A stretch of DNA of 63,898 nt, the filler included, from Octopus bimaculoides (lineage: Eukaryota): the NCBI RefSeq assembly GCF_001194135.2. It is 5 parts of 5 records of this genome, joined end to end, with 100 filler letters (N's around TTAATTAATTAA, not from the genome) between each part and the next. Parts side by side here need not be neighbours in the genome. Positions count along the whole stretch, not along the records: positions 49,141 to 61,044 come from NC_069003.1; positions 61,145 to 63,898 come from NW_026312383.1; 3 more parts are not named here. One strand, given 5' to 3'. The notes beneath the pieces are model-generated. The model saw nothing but the letters and a program-made list of their open reading frames with translations. It was not told the origin of the DNA and ran no database searches. Positions 52,191 through 63,898 of the stretch are shown here, piece after piece; position 1 is the first letter of the stretch; each line of letters opens with the position of its first letter. Made by a program: the position numbers and the translations under genes.

Positions 52191-53354
52191 TCACACGCAT
52201 ATATATACTTATATATATACGCACACCCTATTCGTATAATCACATGCACCCACACCCACACGCTCATGCGCGCATACACACATTGATATATGCATTCACA
52301 CACACTCACATTTCGCTCTGAGGATTTTAGTATTTCTGTGTCTTGCAAAGTTCTCTGCGATAGAACTGATATTTTGATATTAAAACTTTACATAATCAGA
52401 ATACATGTGTGTATATAATACATTATGTATATATATNNNNNNNNNNNNNNNNNNNNNNNNNNNNNNNNNNNNNNNNNNNNNNNNNNNNNNNNNNNNNNNN
52501 NNNNNNNNNNNNNNNNNNNNNNNNNNNNNNNNNNNNNNNNNNNNNNNNNNNNNNNNNNNNNNNNNNNNNNNNNNNNNNNNNNNNNNNNNNNNNNNNNNNN
52601 NNNNNNNNNNNNNNNNNNNNNNNNNNNNNNNNNNNNNNNNNNNNNNNNNNNNNNNNNNNNNNNNNNNNNNNNNNNNNNNNNNNNNNNNNNNNNNNNNNNN
52701 NNNNNNNNNNNNNNNNNNNNNNNNNNNNNNNNNNNNNNNNNNNNNNNNNNNNNNNNNNNNNNNNNNNNNNNNNNNNNNNNNNNNNNNNNNNNNNNNNNNN
52801 NNNNNNNNNNNNNNNNNNNNNNNNNNNNNNNNNNNNNNNNNNNNNNNNNNNNNNNNNNNNNNNNNNNNNNNNNNNNNNNNNNNNNNNNNNNNNNNNNNNN
52901 NNNNNNNNNNNNNNNNNNNNNNNNNNNNNATATATGCATATATGTATTTGATAAGTGGAGTGTGCATTAGAGCTTTCTTCTTCATTCAATAACATTGTTA
53001 GTTTTGTGAATTCACTTAAATACCTTTTCAAGTCAATCGCTCTATATTCTGCGTCTCAATACCCAACGTGTAGAGTCTGTGCTTGCATGCGTCTCTGTAC
53101 GTGTGTGTGTGTGTGTGTGTGTGTGTGAGCAGTTTCTTTAGTTTTCTGTTTTGTCTTAACATTCTTAGCAGTTAACTTTCTCTTCCTCTCCTGCTATGTT
53201 TCTGTTTATCCAACTGTTTATCTATTTGTCTTTCAACAAACTGTCTCTCTATTTTACTCTGTTTATTTGTCTTTAATATATCTATTCATGTATCTATATT
53301 TGTCTTTGTGGAAGCATTTATATATAACTATGTATATATGCATACACACACACA

Positions 53355-53410
<56 letters not shown>

Positions 53411-53559
53411 CATACATATATGTGTGTGTGTGTGTGTGTGTATTTTTACTGGTTATACTTCATTCTATTTTTAAATACATTCCACTATATAACTTTTTAA
53501 TTCGGTGCTGCAGCATAACCGCAGATAACTGAAACATGTAAATGAATAAAAGAATATTT

Positions 53560-53925
53560 AGGCGTAAGAGGGCTGTGTGGTAAGAAGCTTGCTTACCAAC
53601 CACATGGATCCGGTTTCAGTCCCATTGCGTGACACCTTGGGTAAGTGACTTCTTCTAGAGCCTGGGGCCGACCAAAGCCTTGCAAGCAGATTTGGTAGAA
53701 GGAAAATAAAACAAGCCCGTCGCATATGTGTGTGTCTATGTTTGTGTGTGTATGTTTGTGTGTCTATGTTTGTCTCCCCAACATCGCTTGACAACCGATG
53801 CTGGTGCGTTTGCATTCCCTTAACCTAGTGGTTCGGAAAAAGAGACCGACAGAATAAGTACTAGGCGACTAAACCGGTGCTCCACATGGCTGCAGTCAAA
53901 TGCCTGTAACAAATGAAAGAATAAT
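53560..53925 (+). mobile_element. SINE family A, full length
   Basis: Colinear with 36121-36522. Confidence 0.9.
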
Positions 53926-54299
53926 ATANNNNNNNNNNNNNNNNNNNNNNNNNNNNNNNNNNNNNNNNNNNNNNNNNNNNNNNNNNNNNNNNNNNNNNNN
54001 NNNNNNNNNNNNNNNNNNNNNNNNNNNNNNNNNNNNNNNNNNNNNNNNNNNNNNNNNNNNNNNNNNNNNNNNNNNNNNNNNNNNNNNNNNNNNNNNNNNN
54101 NNNNNNNNNNNNNNNNNNNNNNNNNNNNNNNNNNNNNNNNNNNNNNNNNNNNNNNNNNNNNNNNNNNNNNNNNNNNNNNNNNNNNNNNNNNNNNNNNNNN
54201 NNNNNNNNNNNNNNNNNNNNNNNNNNNNNNNNNNNNNNNNNNNNNNNNNNNNNNNNNNNNNNNNNNNNNNNNNNNNNNNNNNNNNNNNNNNNNNNNNNN

Positions 54300-54350
<51 letters not shown>

Positions 54351-54651
54351 GTCTGTCTGTCTGTCTGCCTGTCTGTTGTTTTGTATGTCTGTCTGCCTGT
54401 CAGTTTGTTTGTCTATTTATCTATTTATCTATGAATGTATCTGTTTCTATACATACGTGTGCGTGTGTGTGTATATATATATGCATATATTTATGTACGT
54501 ATATATGCCTGTGAGCTCCTGGTTCTATGCAATTATAGGCACCTGTGAATGTTGGCATAAGTCTGCCTATGTGAGTGTCTTTGTATGTTTCGTTCTCCTA
54601 TCTTTCTGATTATTACTTCGCGATTGCACCATTCTGCAAATCTCCCTCCAG

Positions 54652-54715
<64 letters not shown>

Positions 54716-54896
54716 TCTCTCTGTGTCTCTTTGTCTGTTTGCCTCTCTCTCTTGCTCTCTCTCCTTCTCTCTCTGTACACATGCGTGCATATATCTTTTA
54801 TATTCATATCTATATAACGTATACACACACATACAAACACATACAAACACACACACACACTCACACACACACACACACACACACTCACACACACAC

Positions 54897-54934
<38 letters not shown>

Positions 54935-55029
54935 TTGTGTGTGTATATGTCTATATGTGTATGTGTGTGTGTGTGTGTGCTGTGTGTGTAGATGGCTGAT
55001 TTGTTGCAGGTTTTGGTTGTCGAACTTTT

Positions 55030-55280
55030 TGTAGTTGTTGTTGTGCTTGTTGTTCTTCTTCTTTTGTTGTTGTTGTTAGAAATCTACGTTTCATATTTTG
55101 AAAGCTCGTTCTCCCTCGAGGAAGCCATAAGTCCCATCTTTTCAAGGTTTGTCTTTCCCATCTCTAGGTATGTCTCAATGTACTTGGATGACTCTATATA
55201 AGTGTGTGGGTTTCACAGCAGCGTCTGTTTTTCTTTGTGTATGTATATACATACATACATGTATGTATGTACATACATGT

Positions 55281-55326
<46 letters not shown>

Positions 55327-55970
55327 GTTTGTAAGTATGTATGTATGCATGTACGTATGTATGTTATTATTTAGTCTATTTCAAAATTTCTTGCCAATAG
55401 AGAAAGAACCGTTTTCTAACCGAGATCCAAGGTTCCTTCATTGGAATTTCCTCAACAACTGTGTGTTTTTGTTTGTTTGTATGTATGTATGTATGTATGT
55501 ATGTATGCATGTATGCATGTATGTATGTATGCATGTGCAGATTTTCATATTTTACATATGCATTCTCATGCATTTAGTTGCATATCTAGTCATGCTCATA
55601 TATATTTAAATGATAAACTTCTGGAAGGTTCTACGGATTTTTACAGTTCCAGTGATGGATTGGATCTATAGTCTTCGAATTAGCATTCTTATTTCTGGTT
55701 TTGAGACGCCTAATTTCTCAAGGTTGGTATTTAGATAATGTATTACGTCTCCCAGAATCCCAATAATTACAGGTATAAACCTGAACTTCTAATCTGGACA
55801 GAGTAACTGTAGATTTCTCGATAGTTCAGCGTAGGTGTTCTCTTTTTCACTATCTTCAGCTTTATATTAGCATCTGCTGGGCAGCCAATTTACATAGCTG
55901 TACACTTTCTCTTCTTCCCAAATCATTACATCAGGGCTGTTGTGCTTAAATTTTTATTGAGGTCTTCACT
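55030..55970 (-). mobile_element. RLE-type LINE 3' portion with long microsatellite-containing UTR and (AAC)n tail
   Basis: Minus strand: KHNSPDVMIWEEEK..GCPADANIKLKISEKENTYAEL..KFRFIPVIIG..QSITGTVKI; tail at 55030-55078. Confidence 0.85.
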
Positions 55971-56227
55971 ATGTATGTATGTATGTATGTTTGTATGTAT
56001 GTAAGTATGTATGTATGTATGTATGTAAGTATGTATGTATGTATGTGTGTATGTATGTATGTGTGTATGTACAATGCTGCCTTCTTCCGTCAGGATTGTG
56101 ACTAAAGCCTAAACATCTTGACATGTATGAGCCTACAGGAAGCTGCAAGACAATATGTTTAGACGTCAATCACAGTGTATGTGTGTCTGAGTATAGACCA
56201 GTCTGTGCATCCGGCAACTTTTACGAA

Positions 56228-56274
<47 letters not shown>

Positions 56275-56284
56275 NNNNNNNNNN

Positions 56285-56326
<42 letters not shown>

Positions 56327-56473
56327 TTTTTCTGTGCGTCCGTGTCTGTGTATATATATATATATATGGGTGTTGGGAGTATAAATGCATATGTGTGTGT
56401 GTGTGTTGTGTATGTGTATAATATATCAGAGTATGTATATTTCTACACGAACGTGTGCAAACATATGTATATA

Positions 56474-56874
56474 CGTGGTCTGATCAATAAGCATCCGCAC
56501 TGTTGCCATAGTAACGACCCTAAAGCACGAACAGTAAAGCTGCTTGGCACAGATTGACCTTGAACACTCTTGTGCATGCGCACTAAGATTTTAAGCTCAA
56601 GCTAACTTCTACTGTTTACAGCAGTACTTGGAAGTAACGTGTCTAGCGTGTGTTCGTCACATTGACCATGACAGAAAAAGTTGAGCAGAGAATCTGCTTC
56701 AAATTTTGCCAAAGGCTTGGAGATACCTGCTCACTGTTCTACGCAAAATTTCAAAAAGCTTTTCCTCGTTCTCGACGCAATCAAAGAGATTTTGNNNNNN
56801 NNNNAATCTGCTTCAAATTTTGCCAAAGGCTTGGAGATACCTGCTCACTGTTCTACGCAAAATTTCAAAAAGCT
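56474..56874 (+). mobile_element. Mariner 5' end (TIR and transposase N-terminus); ~100 bp doubled across a 10-N gap
   Basis: TA then cgtggtctgatcaataag; ATG at 56668 gives MTEKVEQRICFKFCQRLGDTCS. Confidence 0.85.
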
Positions 56875-57262
56875 TTTCCTCGTTCTCGACGCAATCAAAG
56901 AGATTTTGTGCAACTGAAACCCGAGTGTCTTTTTGATCAGCTGAAAGCAGTTTTGTCACAATCTTGACAGACACACGCCTCATACCTAAACCTTCAGAGA
57001 TAATGGACTGAACTGAACCGTAACTAATCTGCACATCTTCTGATGCCTCACGGATGATGATTCGAGATTTTCCCTTCAGCTGCACGTACATCTGCGATGC
57101 TCTTCTCCATTCTGCTGGTTGCAGGTCTCCCAGGACGTCCGAAAATATCGACATTTTTGCGGCGATCTTGGAAAGATCTGAACCACTCGTACACTTGTAT
57201 GCGACTCATACACACCTCTCCATACACTTTCTATAACTTTTCGTTGGCCCTTGAGCAGGTAA
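56875..57262 (-). mobile_element. Mariner internal segment in opposite orientation
   Basis: Minus strand: KVYGEVCMSRIQVYEWFRSF..GRPATS; ISYGSVQSIISEGLGMRRVSVKIVTKLLSADQK..VENEE. Confidence 0.88.
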
Positions 57263-57265
57263 AGC

Positions 57266-57390
57266 CATGACAAGTCCCATCTTTTCAAGGTTTGTTTTTC
57301 CTATCTCTAGGTATGTCTCAATGTACTTGGATGGCTCAGTATATGTGTGTGGGTTTTCACAGCAGCGTCTGTTTTCCTCTGTGTATGTAT
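57266..57390 (-). mobile_element. 3' UTR fragment of the 55030-55970 LINE family
   Basis: Near-identical to 55124-55245 (aagtcccatcttttcaaggtttgt...cacagcagcgtctgtttt). Confidence 0.8.
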
Positions 57391-57408
57391 GTGGTCTGGG
57401 TGTATAAC

Positions 57409-57452
<44 letters not shown>

Positions 57453-58220
57453 NNNNNNNNNNNNNNNNNNNNNNNNNNNNNNNNNNNNNNNNNNNNNNNN
57501 NNNNNNNNNNNNNNNNNNNNNNNNNNNNNNNNNNNNNNNNNNNNNNNNNNNNNNNNNNNNNNNNNNNNNNNNNNNNNNNNNNNNNNNNNNNNNNNNNNNN
57601 NNNNNNNNNNNNNNNNNNNNNNNNNNNNNNNNNNNNNNNNNNNNNNNNNNNNNNNNNNNNNNNNNNNNNNNNNNNNNNNNNNNNNNNNNNNNNNNNNNNN
57701 NNNNNNNNNNNNNNNNNNNNNNNNNNNNNNNNNNNNNNNNNNNNNNNNNNNNNNNNNNNNNNNNNNNNNNNNNNNNNNNNNNNNNNNNNNNNNNNNNNNN
57801 NNNNNNNNNNNNNNNNNNNNNNNNNNNNNNNNNNNNNNNNNNNNNNNNNNNNNNNNNNNNNNNNNNNNNNNNNNNNNNNNNNNNNNNNNNNNNNNNNNNN
57901 NNNNNNNNNNNNNNNNNNNNNNNNNNNNNNNNNNNNNNNNNNNNNNNNNNNNNNNNNNNNNNTATATATATATATATATACATATATTTATAGATATATT
58001 ATAATAAAGGGTAAAAATCATTAATGATTTTACCAAAGAGTCAGTGCGGAATTAAAAACCATACAGGTAAATTTTACAAATATATTAATAATTAAATACA
58101 TAATTATAACAAGGGATTGGCAGCTTGCCGCCTAATGAGCAATTAATATTAACCTGTTCATTAAACTGTATAAGATGATAAACACTGGTGCGGGATTCGA
58201 CCTTTATGTTATTTTATCTC

Positions 58221-58280
58221 ACTAACATATCCACATATCCACATATCCACATATCCACTAACATATCCACATATCCACAT
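58221..58280. repeat. 8-bp tandem repeat (ACATATCC) x6
   Basis: Direct inspection. Confidence 0.9.
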
Positions 58281-58304
58281 TTATGGAACATGATGACAAT
58301 CATG

Positions 58305-58777
58305 ATCATCATCGTTGTCGTCCTCGTTTTCGTTTAACGTCCATTTTACCATGCTTGCATCTCTCGGACAGAATTTATTAAAGTCGATCTTCCACGAGAT
58401 GTCCTTTCCGGTGCCAACCCTCACCAGCTATCACTTGTTTTGATGTCAGATAACATTTCTCCTGTCACCAGTCGTGTCTCGAAATATTAGAAACAAGGAA
58501 CTTGCATGACGGTAACGTTTGTTTACAACTGTCACACGATATCAAAGCAATAATACACACAAATACATCCAGACACACACACACCACATACTCACACACA
58601 TACATTACATACTCACACGCACACATACACACACAAGACGGGTTTCTTTCAGTTTCTACCAAATTCTCAACAGGCTAGAGTGGAAGACACTTGCCTATGG
58701 TACCGCACAGTGGGACTGAACCAGAAGTAATGTTGTTGGAAAGCAAACTTTTTACCACACAGTCACATTTGTGCCTG
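58305..58777 (-). mobile_element. SINE with family A head and a different tail ending in (GAT/GAC)n
   Basis: 58635-58777 matches the family A 5' half; 58305-58450 is unrelated to the family A tail. Confidence 0.65.
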
Positions 58778-58979
58778 TTATCTGTATTTATGAATAAACA
58801 TATTTCTCTGCCTCTATTGAACCACCAGATACGTCAGCTAAACTGATGACGTTTCATTATTCCGAAAGATGTTCTGCATTGTCAACATATCTGTTAGATT
58901 ATCTCCCTTCCCCAATGTACATTGCATATTTTGAATTTATTCAATTGCTATTCTGTTGGTTCAAGTGACATGGATTTTA

Positions 58980-59190
58980 TCTCTTATCTCTTATCTTTTA
59001 CTTGCTTCAATCATTATACTGCGCTTTTCACTGGAAAAAATCGACCCGCCCCAGTATTTATTTTGTTAGAGGTCCGGTACTTATTCTGTCGGTCACTTAC
59101 GCCAAAGCGCTAAGTTACGGGGACCTAAATAAATGAACACTTGTTATCAAACTGTGGAGGGAGATCAGGAACAGACATAATAACACATAC
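58980..59190 (-). mobile_element. SINE family A 3' half, decayed
   Basis: gtacttattctgtcgg..gctaagttacggggac. Confidence 0.75.
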
Positions 59191-59225
59191 ACAATTGGAG
59201 AGAGAGAAAGATACGATGGACTTAC

Positions 59226-59462
59226 TGTTTCTTATTTCTTTATTGCCCACAAGGAGCTAAACATAGAGGGGACAAACAAGGACAGACAAAGGGATTAAGT
59301 CGATTACATCGACCCCAGTGCGTAACTGGTACTTAATTTATCGACCCCGAAAGGATGAAAGGCAAAGTCGACCCCGGCGGAATTTGAACTCAGAACGTAA
59401 AGACGGACGAAATACCGCTAAGCATTTCGCCCGACGTGCTAACGTTTCTGCCAGCTCGCCTC
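59226..59462 (-). mobile_element. SINE family B, full-length young copy
   Basis: Minus strand: A-box-like tggcagaaacgttag, B-box-like gagttcaaattcc, core ctttcatcctttcggggtcgataaattaagtaccag, A-rich tail. Confidence 0.93.
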
Positions 59463-60095
59463 CTTCTTACTTACTGCTTCTGATTACCAAAATCATCCAC
59501 AAGGTATTCATTAAACATTTGTCGATGGTGCCACCGCCGTAGGACTGAACCCAAAAGCATATGGTATTAAAAGATCTTCTGAACTACAGCTTTATTTATT
59601 TATCTATCTATCGTTATATTTATGTACTTATTTGTTCATCTTCCCCATTTTCTCTGCCATTTGTTTCAACTCTTCGCACTTGCTTTTATTCGGTTAACCA
59701 CAACATTCTTTCATAGTGTATAACTCATCTTAGTAAGTTATATTGCCTGCTAATTAATAATAGCAATTTAGCAACATTAAATAGCTTAGTACGCCAGCAT
59801 TTACATTGCAATAAGCATCGTACCTTTTAGCTACATGCTAATAAGCAACATGGCAATCTGCTGCATAGCACAAAGGCATATATCAATAAATTCCTTGACA
59901 ATTAGCGCCATATCAATAAAGCTACCTGTCGTTCAGCTTCTTGACATTATGCTACATGTTGATTACATGTAGCATATCGTTTGGCGATATAGCAATAACT
60001 CGCGTCTAAATAGATTAGCAGAGGGATACGTACATAGACATGTATGTATGCACATATATGTACTGCATACATATACACACACTCACATATGTGTG

Positions 60096-60151
<56 letters not shown>

Positions 60152-60167
60152 CGTGTGTGTGTGTGTG

Positions 60168-60345
60168 TATTAGTATATGTTTGTGTGTGTGCATTTGTTC
60201 GTACGTGTGTTTGTGTGTGTGTGTGTGTGTATTAGTATATGTTTGTGTGTGTGCATTTGTTCGTACGTGTGTTTGTGTGTGTGTGTGTGTGTATTAGTAT
60301 ATGTTTGTGTGTGTGCATTTTTTCGTACGTGTGTTTGTGTGTGAA
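60168..60345. repeat. 62-bp tandem repeat x3 built from (TG)n
   Basis: tattagtatatgtttg starts at 60168, 60230, 60292. Confidence 0.9.
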
Positions 60346-60503
60346 GATAAGAGAACAATAATTAGGTGGATAGATAGATAGATAGATAGATACACAAAGA
60401 AAGAGAGAGAGAGGGGGGAGAGGGAGAGAGAGAGAGGGAGAGAGAGAAAGAGAGTGAGAAGGAGAGAGAGTAAGCGAGAAAGAGAACGAAAGAGAGAGTG
60501 AAA

Positions 60504-60630
60504 GAGGTGCAGACATGGTTGTATTACTTCCCAACCACATGGTTCCGGGTTCTGTTTTATTGCGTGGCACCTTGGACAAATGTTTTCTACTATAGCTTCG
60601 GGCCGATCAGAACCTTGCGAGTGGATTTTT
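60504..60630 (+). mobile_element. SINE family A 5' half
   Basis: ccaaccacatggttccgggttc..gcgtggcaccttgg..ttctactatagc. Confidence 0.8.
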
Positions 60631-61010
60631 CTATGCGAAGAAAGGATTCGGTCAGTTCGCCGCCTCCAATTCTCATCTATTAATAACAGTTTTTATATAT
60701 TTGAGTGTGTATTAGAGTCCCAGGAATGCTTTTGTTTCAATATACACCTCCACTTGTTTATCTCTTTATCCATCTGATTATCTATTCATCAATCTATATT
60801 TCTGTCAATGCTCTTCACCATCTGAACTATATATATAAGTGCTCACACACATACACACAGACACACATTCATACATGTATCTACTTATCTTATAAATATC
60901 ACCATGTATGTACGTATCTCTCAATCGTTTCCTGTTTTATTATGCATTTACCTAACATTTAAACCTCCCTCTTTCGTTATCTTTCTTCATGTACATATAT
61001 ATATGTATGT

Positions 61011-61044
<34 letters not shown>

Positions 61045-61144
61045 NNNNNNNNNNNNNNNNNNNNNNNNNNNNNNNNNNNNNNNNNNNNTTAATTAATTAA
61101 NNNNNNNNNNNNNNNNNNNNNNNNNNNNNNNNNNNNNNNNNNNN

Positions 61145-63530
61145 GTTGACCTTTCACTCAACCATTTATGTGAATTATAATTATTACTTAAGCCTGGAAA
61201 TACCCTGTTCTTCAGTTCAGCTGGGAAAGTCACCAAGATAGTAGTATAAATCAAAGTGTACTTTCTTATGTTCTAACTGGAGGAGCCATGTTGTAAACTG
61301 TTCTGCACACTGGTCCCCATGTAATAACGTTCGCACGATAGTANNNNNNNNNNNNNNNNNNNNNNNNNNNNNNNNNNNNNNNNNNNNNNNNNNNNNNNNN
61401 NNNNNNNNNNNNNNNNNNNNNNNNNNNNNNNNNNNNNNNNNNNNNNNNNNNNNNNNNNNNNNNNNNNNNNNNNNNNNNNNNNNNNNNNNNNNNNNNNNNN
61501 NNNNNNNNNNNNNNNNNNNNNNNNNNNNNNNNNNNNNNNNNNNNNNNNNNNNNNNNNNNNNNNNNNNNNNNNNNNNNNNNNNNNNNNNNNNNNNNNNNNN
61601 NNNNNNNNNNNNNNNNNNNNNNNNNNNNNNNNNNNNNNNNNNNNNNNNNNNNNNNNNNNNNNNNNNNNNNNNNNNNNNNNNNNNNNNNNNNNNNNNNNNN
61701 NNNNNNNNNNNNNNNNNNNNNNNNNNNNNNNNNNNNNNNNNNNNNNNNNNNNNNNNNNNNNNNNNNNNNNNNNNNNNNNNNNNNNNNNNNNNNCTGAAAC
61801 TTTGCTTATGTTACAACTTGGACTTTAATTTGTGACCAGGTTTAGCGGTAATTTAAAAGCGGAATGAGCTGTTCGTTCTCCTGGGAGAATACTAGCAGCA
61901 ATACTAGATGAAGTTACAGCAACTAAAATTCATTTTGTTGCCTTACTTTGGAGAGAAACAATGTTGTTATAAACGTTTTACCTCTGTCACCAGGAGCATG
62001 AAGAAAGAAAATTCGTCCCTTTTGATAAAAGAAATGTCATACATAAGAATAAAGGCATCCAGACAGGAAAGAAGATATAACTGTATGTCATTACAACCGC
62101 TGTACACTTTATTTTATAATACCATATCAATATTTACATTGGTAACATTGCTTCCAATTATGGTATTTTCAATTAGAAACTGTTCTTTCATAATATTCAT
62201 AAACATTCCAACTAAGACATGTCCTAGGTGAAGAAAAGACAGTATTGATATGTTCATCATTGTGTGTAAAGAGATGAGAAAGGTTTTTCCATGTATCAGT
62301 GATAACATTATTGTTATTATGCTAGAAATATATAAATACGCAAACTATAAAAGAAAATTTTCCTCACACTCTCATGTCCTATACAAACATACGCANNNNN
62401 NNNNNATAAAAGAAAATTTTCCTCACACTCTCATGTCCTATACAAACATACGCATCCTGAATGCTACAGATATTTTTTCATGTATCTATGCATATTTTAT
62501 TGTGATGTTTACTGTATGTGTCCCATCATATTGGTGATCGTGTTGTTAGTCAAATCTATATTTTTTATATGATTATACCTTCCTTCCTAATTACATTTGG
62601 TGTCATCCCCTAGAGTCTTCATTTGAAAGGAAAAACAGTTTACTTGTAAACGTTTTCTATTTGTATTAAATAAGCAGTATCATTTTATTTAAATATTTCG
62701 CTCCAGAAATAGTCTTTTACTCACAAATGCAATAAGGTGTCGTGGGTATGGTTGTGAATGAAAGAAAAGAAAAGAAATGAGAATTTTACCTGAGAAAATC
62801 TGAATAAGTTGTTTTCATTAATTATGCTCCTATGTGTATTTTAATTTAAACAATAGCTATTAATGAAAGAAAAGATATATTGAGCCCTTTTAATTACTGG
62901 GTCTCTTATGCTAAAAAGGATTACATTTTTGGAAGGGATAGTATGAATTTAATAAGTTGTGTATATGTAACTATATTCAGTAGCGAAGCCTGCGGAATTT
63001 CCACTAGGTTTTACCATTTTATATAATTTTGTCATTTCTTTCAGTTGATCCATTCATCATTTGATGGTTAAGGAGAATANNNNNNNNNNNNNNNNNNNNN
63101 NNNNNNNNNTTTTAATTCATATAATTCAAAATAAGTAATATATTTTGTGGATTATCCTCGTTATTGTTCTAATCAATGTTTTTCTGTCTCTTCACAGATA
63201 TTTGTTTTTATATTTATATTTGCGGTTTCGTTTCTGCTGTTCTATTACCAGAACTTGAACCTGGAAACACAATAAGAAAACTTATGTAAAATATTAATTT
63301 TCAATGTAAAAATTCCATAGCCCTTATATTTTATATATAACCCCTGTTGCCATCTACCGTTTTCCCATACGTTAAGATATTATTACATGGATGAATCATG
63401 GATGACCAACGCAATTTATTTTGAAAACATTAGTTACAGAAACAAGTGGTGAGAATTTAATTATCAGGGCTACGCTTAAAATACTGGTAATATTGGTTCA
63501 GGAATATTTTCCAGAACAACTGGTCAACTT
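61145..63530 (-). mobile_element. Helitron RepHel pseudogene (PIF1 helicase region)
   Basis: Minus strand in correct order: FFLHAPGDRGKTF (Walker A, 61971-62005); AVTSSSIAASILPGERTAHSAFKLPLNL..CNISK (61800-61920); LHGDQCAEQFTTWLLQL (61274-61324); RVFPGLSNNYNSHKWLSER (61150-61210). Matches above 62050 (LGDDTK, IHDS..LNVWENG) are weaker, so the upper boundary is uncertain. Confidence 0.85.
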
Positions 63531-63898
63531 GACANNNNNNNNNNNNNNNNNNTTCTATTCTGTGGATGTATGTTTTACGTAGATCTATATGTGGCAGTGT
63601 ATTACATGGTTCTATTTATGTCTGTTTAGATTTGACATTGATCTCTAGTAATACATAAATTTTACGGAGGTCTATCTTCTGCAATGTGCAAATTTTACAT
63701 GGATCTCTCCGTGGCAGCATGTACATTTTCACAACGATATATCAATCCATCTAACTCACTTCACTGTCTCTCCTCTTCTTTTCTGTCTGTCTTTCTCTCT
63801 CAACGATTACAACGAAGACAGTTCCAGTTCATTTGATCAACGAAAGAGACTGCTCGTGAAACTAACGCACACATAAGTGAGCTCTGCACACACACACA

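Noticed and set aside
56690-56908. ~100-bp direct repeat
   Set aside because: Identical copies flank a 10-N gap: overlapping contig ends.
1364-58036. ORFs containing X runs or YI/CV/HT/RE/SL dipeptide repeats
   Set aside because: Translations of assembly gaps and dinucleotide microsatellites.
62030-62340. GPCR-like hydrophobic frame (LHTMMNISILSF..LVGMF)
   Set aside because: Spacing is wrong for TM1-TM3, and it lies immediately upstream of the Helitron Walker A.
62347-62454. 49-bp direct repeat
   Set aside because: Identical copies flank a 10-N gap: assembly artefact.
63375-63470. YMDESW / GENLII, IS630-Tc1-like
   Set aside because: Two short motifs only; the opposite strand fits the Helitron better.
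1-63898. CRISPR arrays, operons, rRNA or snRNA genes
   Set aside because: No constant repeat with unique spacers, no bacterial gene density, no recognisable structural RNA.

Overview
This is eukaryotic, AT-rich, repeat-dense DNA from a gapped short-read assembly. The SINE families and microsatellite load look like an octopus (cephalopod) genome; that assignment is from memory and was not searched. There is no complete gene, RNA gene, CRISPR array or prokaryotic system, and nearly all supplied ORFs are microsatellite or N-run artefacts. Recognisable content: three decayed mariner transposons, one decayed Helitron (PIF1 helicase motifs, 61.1-63.5 kb, missed by the ORF track), five or six fragments of RLE-type (R4/Dong-like) LINEs, one CR1/L2-group LINE, RTE fragments, and about 25 tRNA-derived SINE copies from at least three families. 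One plausible ~0.9 kb N/Q/H/T-rich coding exon lies on the minus strand (48143-49039), with a possible downstream exon near 29.8 kb. The best leads are: a perfect hairpin with 159-bp arms at the window start; a ~750 bp element with identical inverted ends of at least 109 bp; a three-tier 144-nt hairpin; a 3' tail shared by the CR1-type LINE and the dominant SINE (candidate partner pair); a stack of RLE LINEs in (AAT)n; and a head-to-head mariner fusion. I cannot support a wholly new biological system; these are leads.
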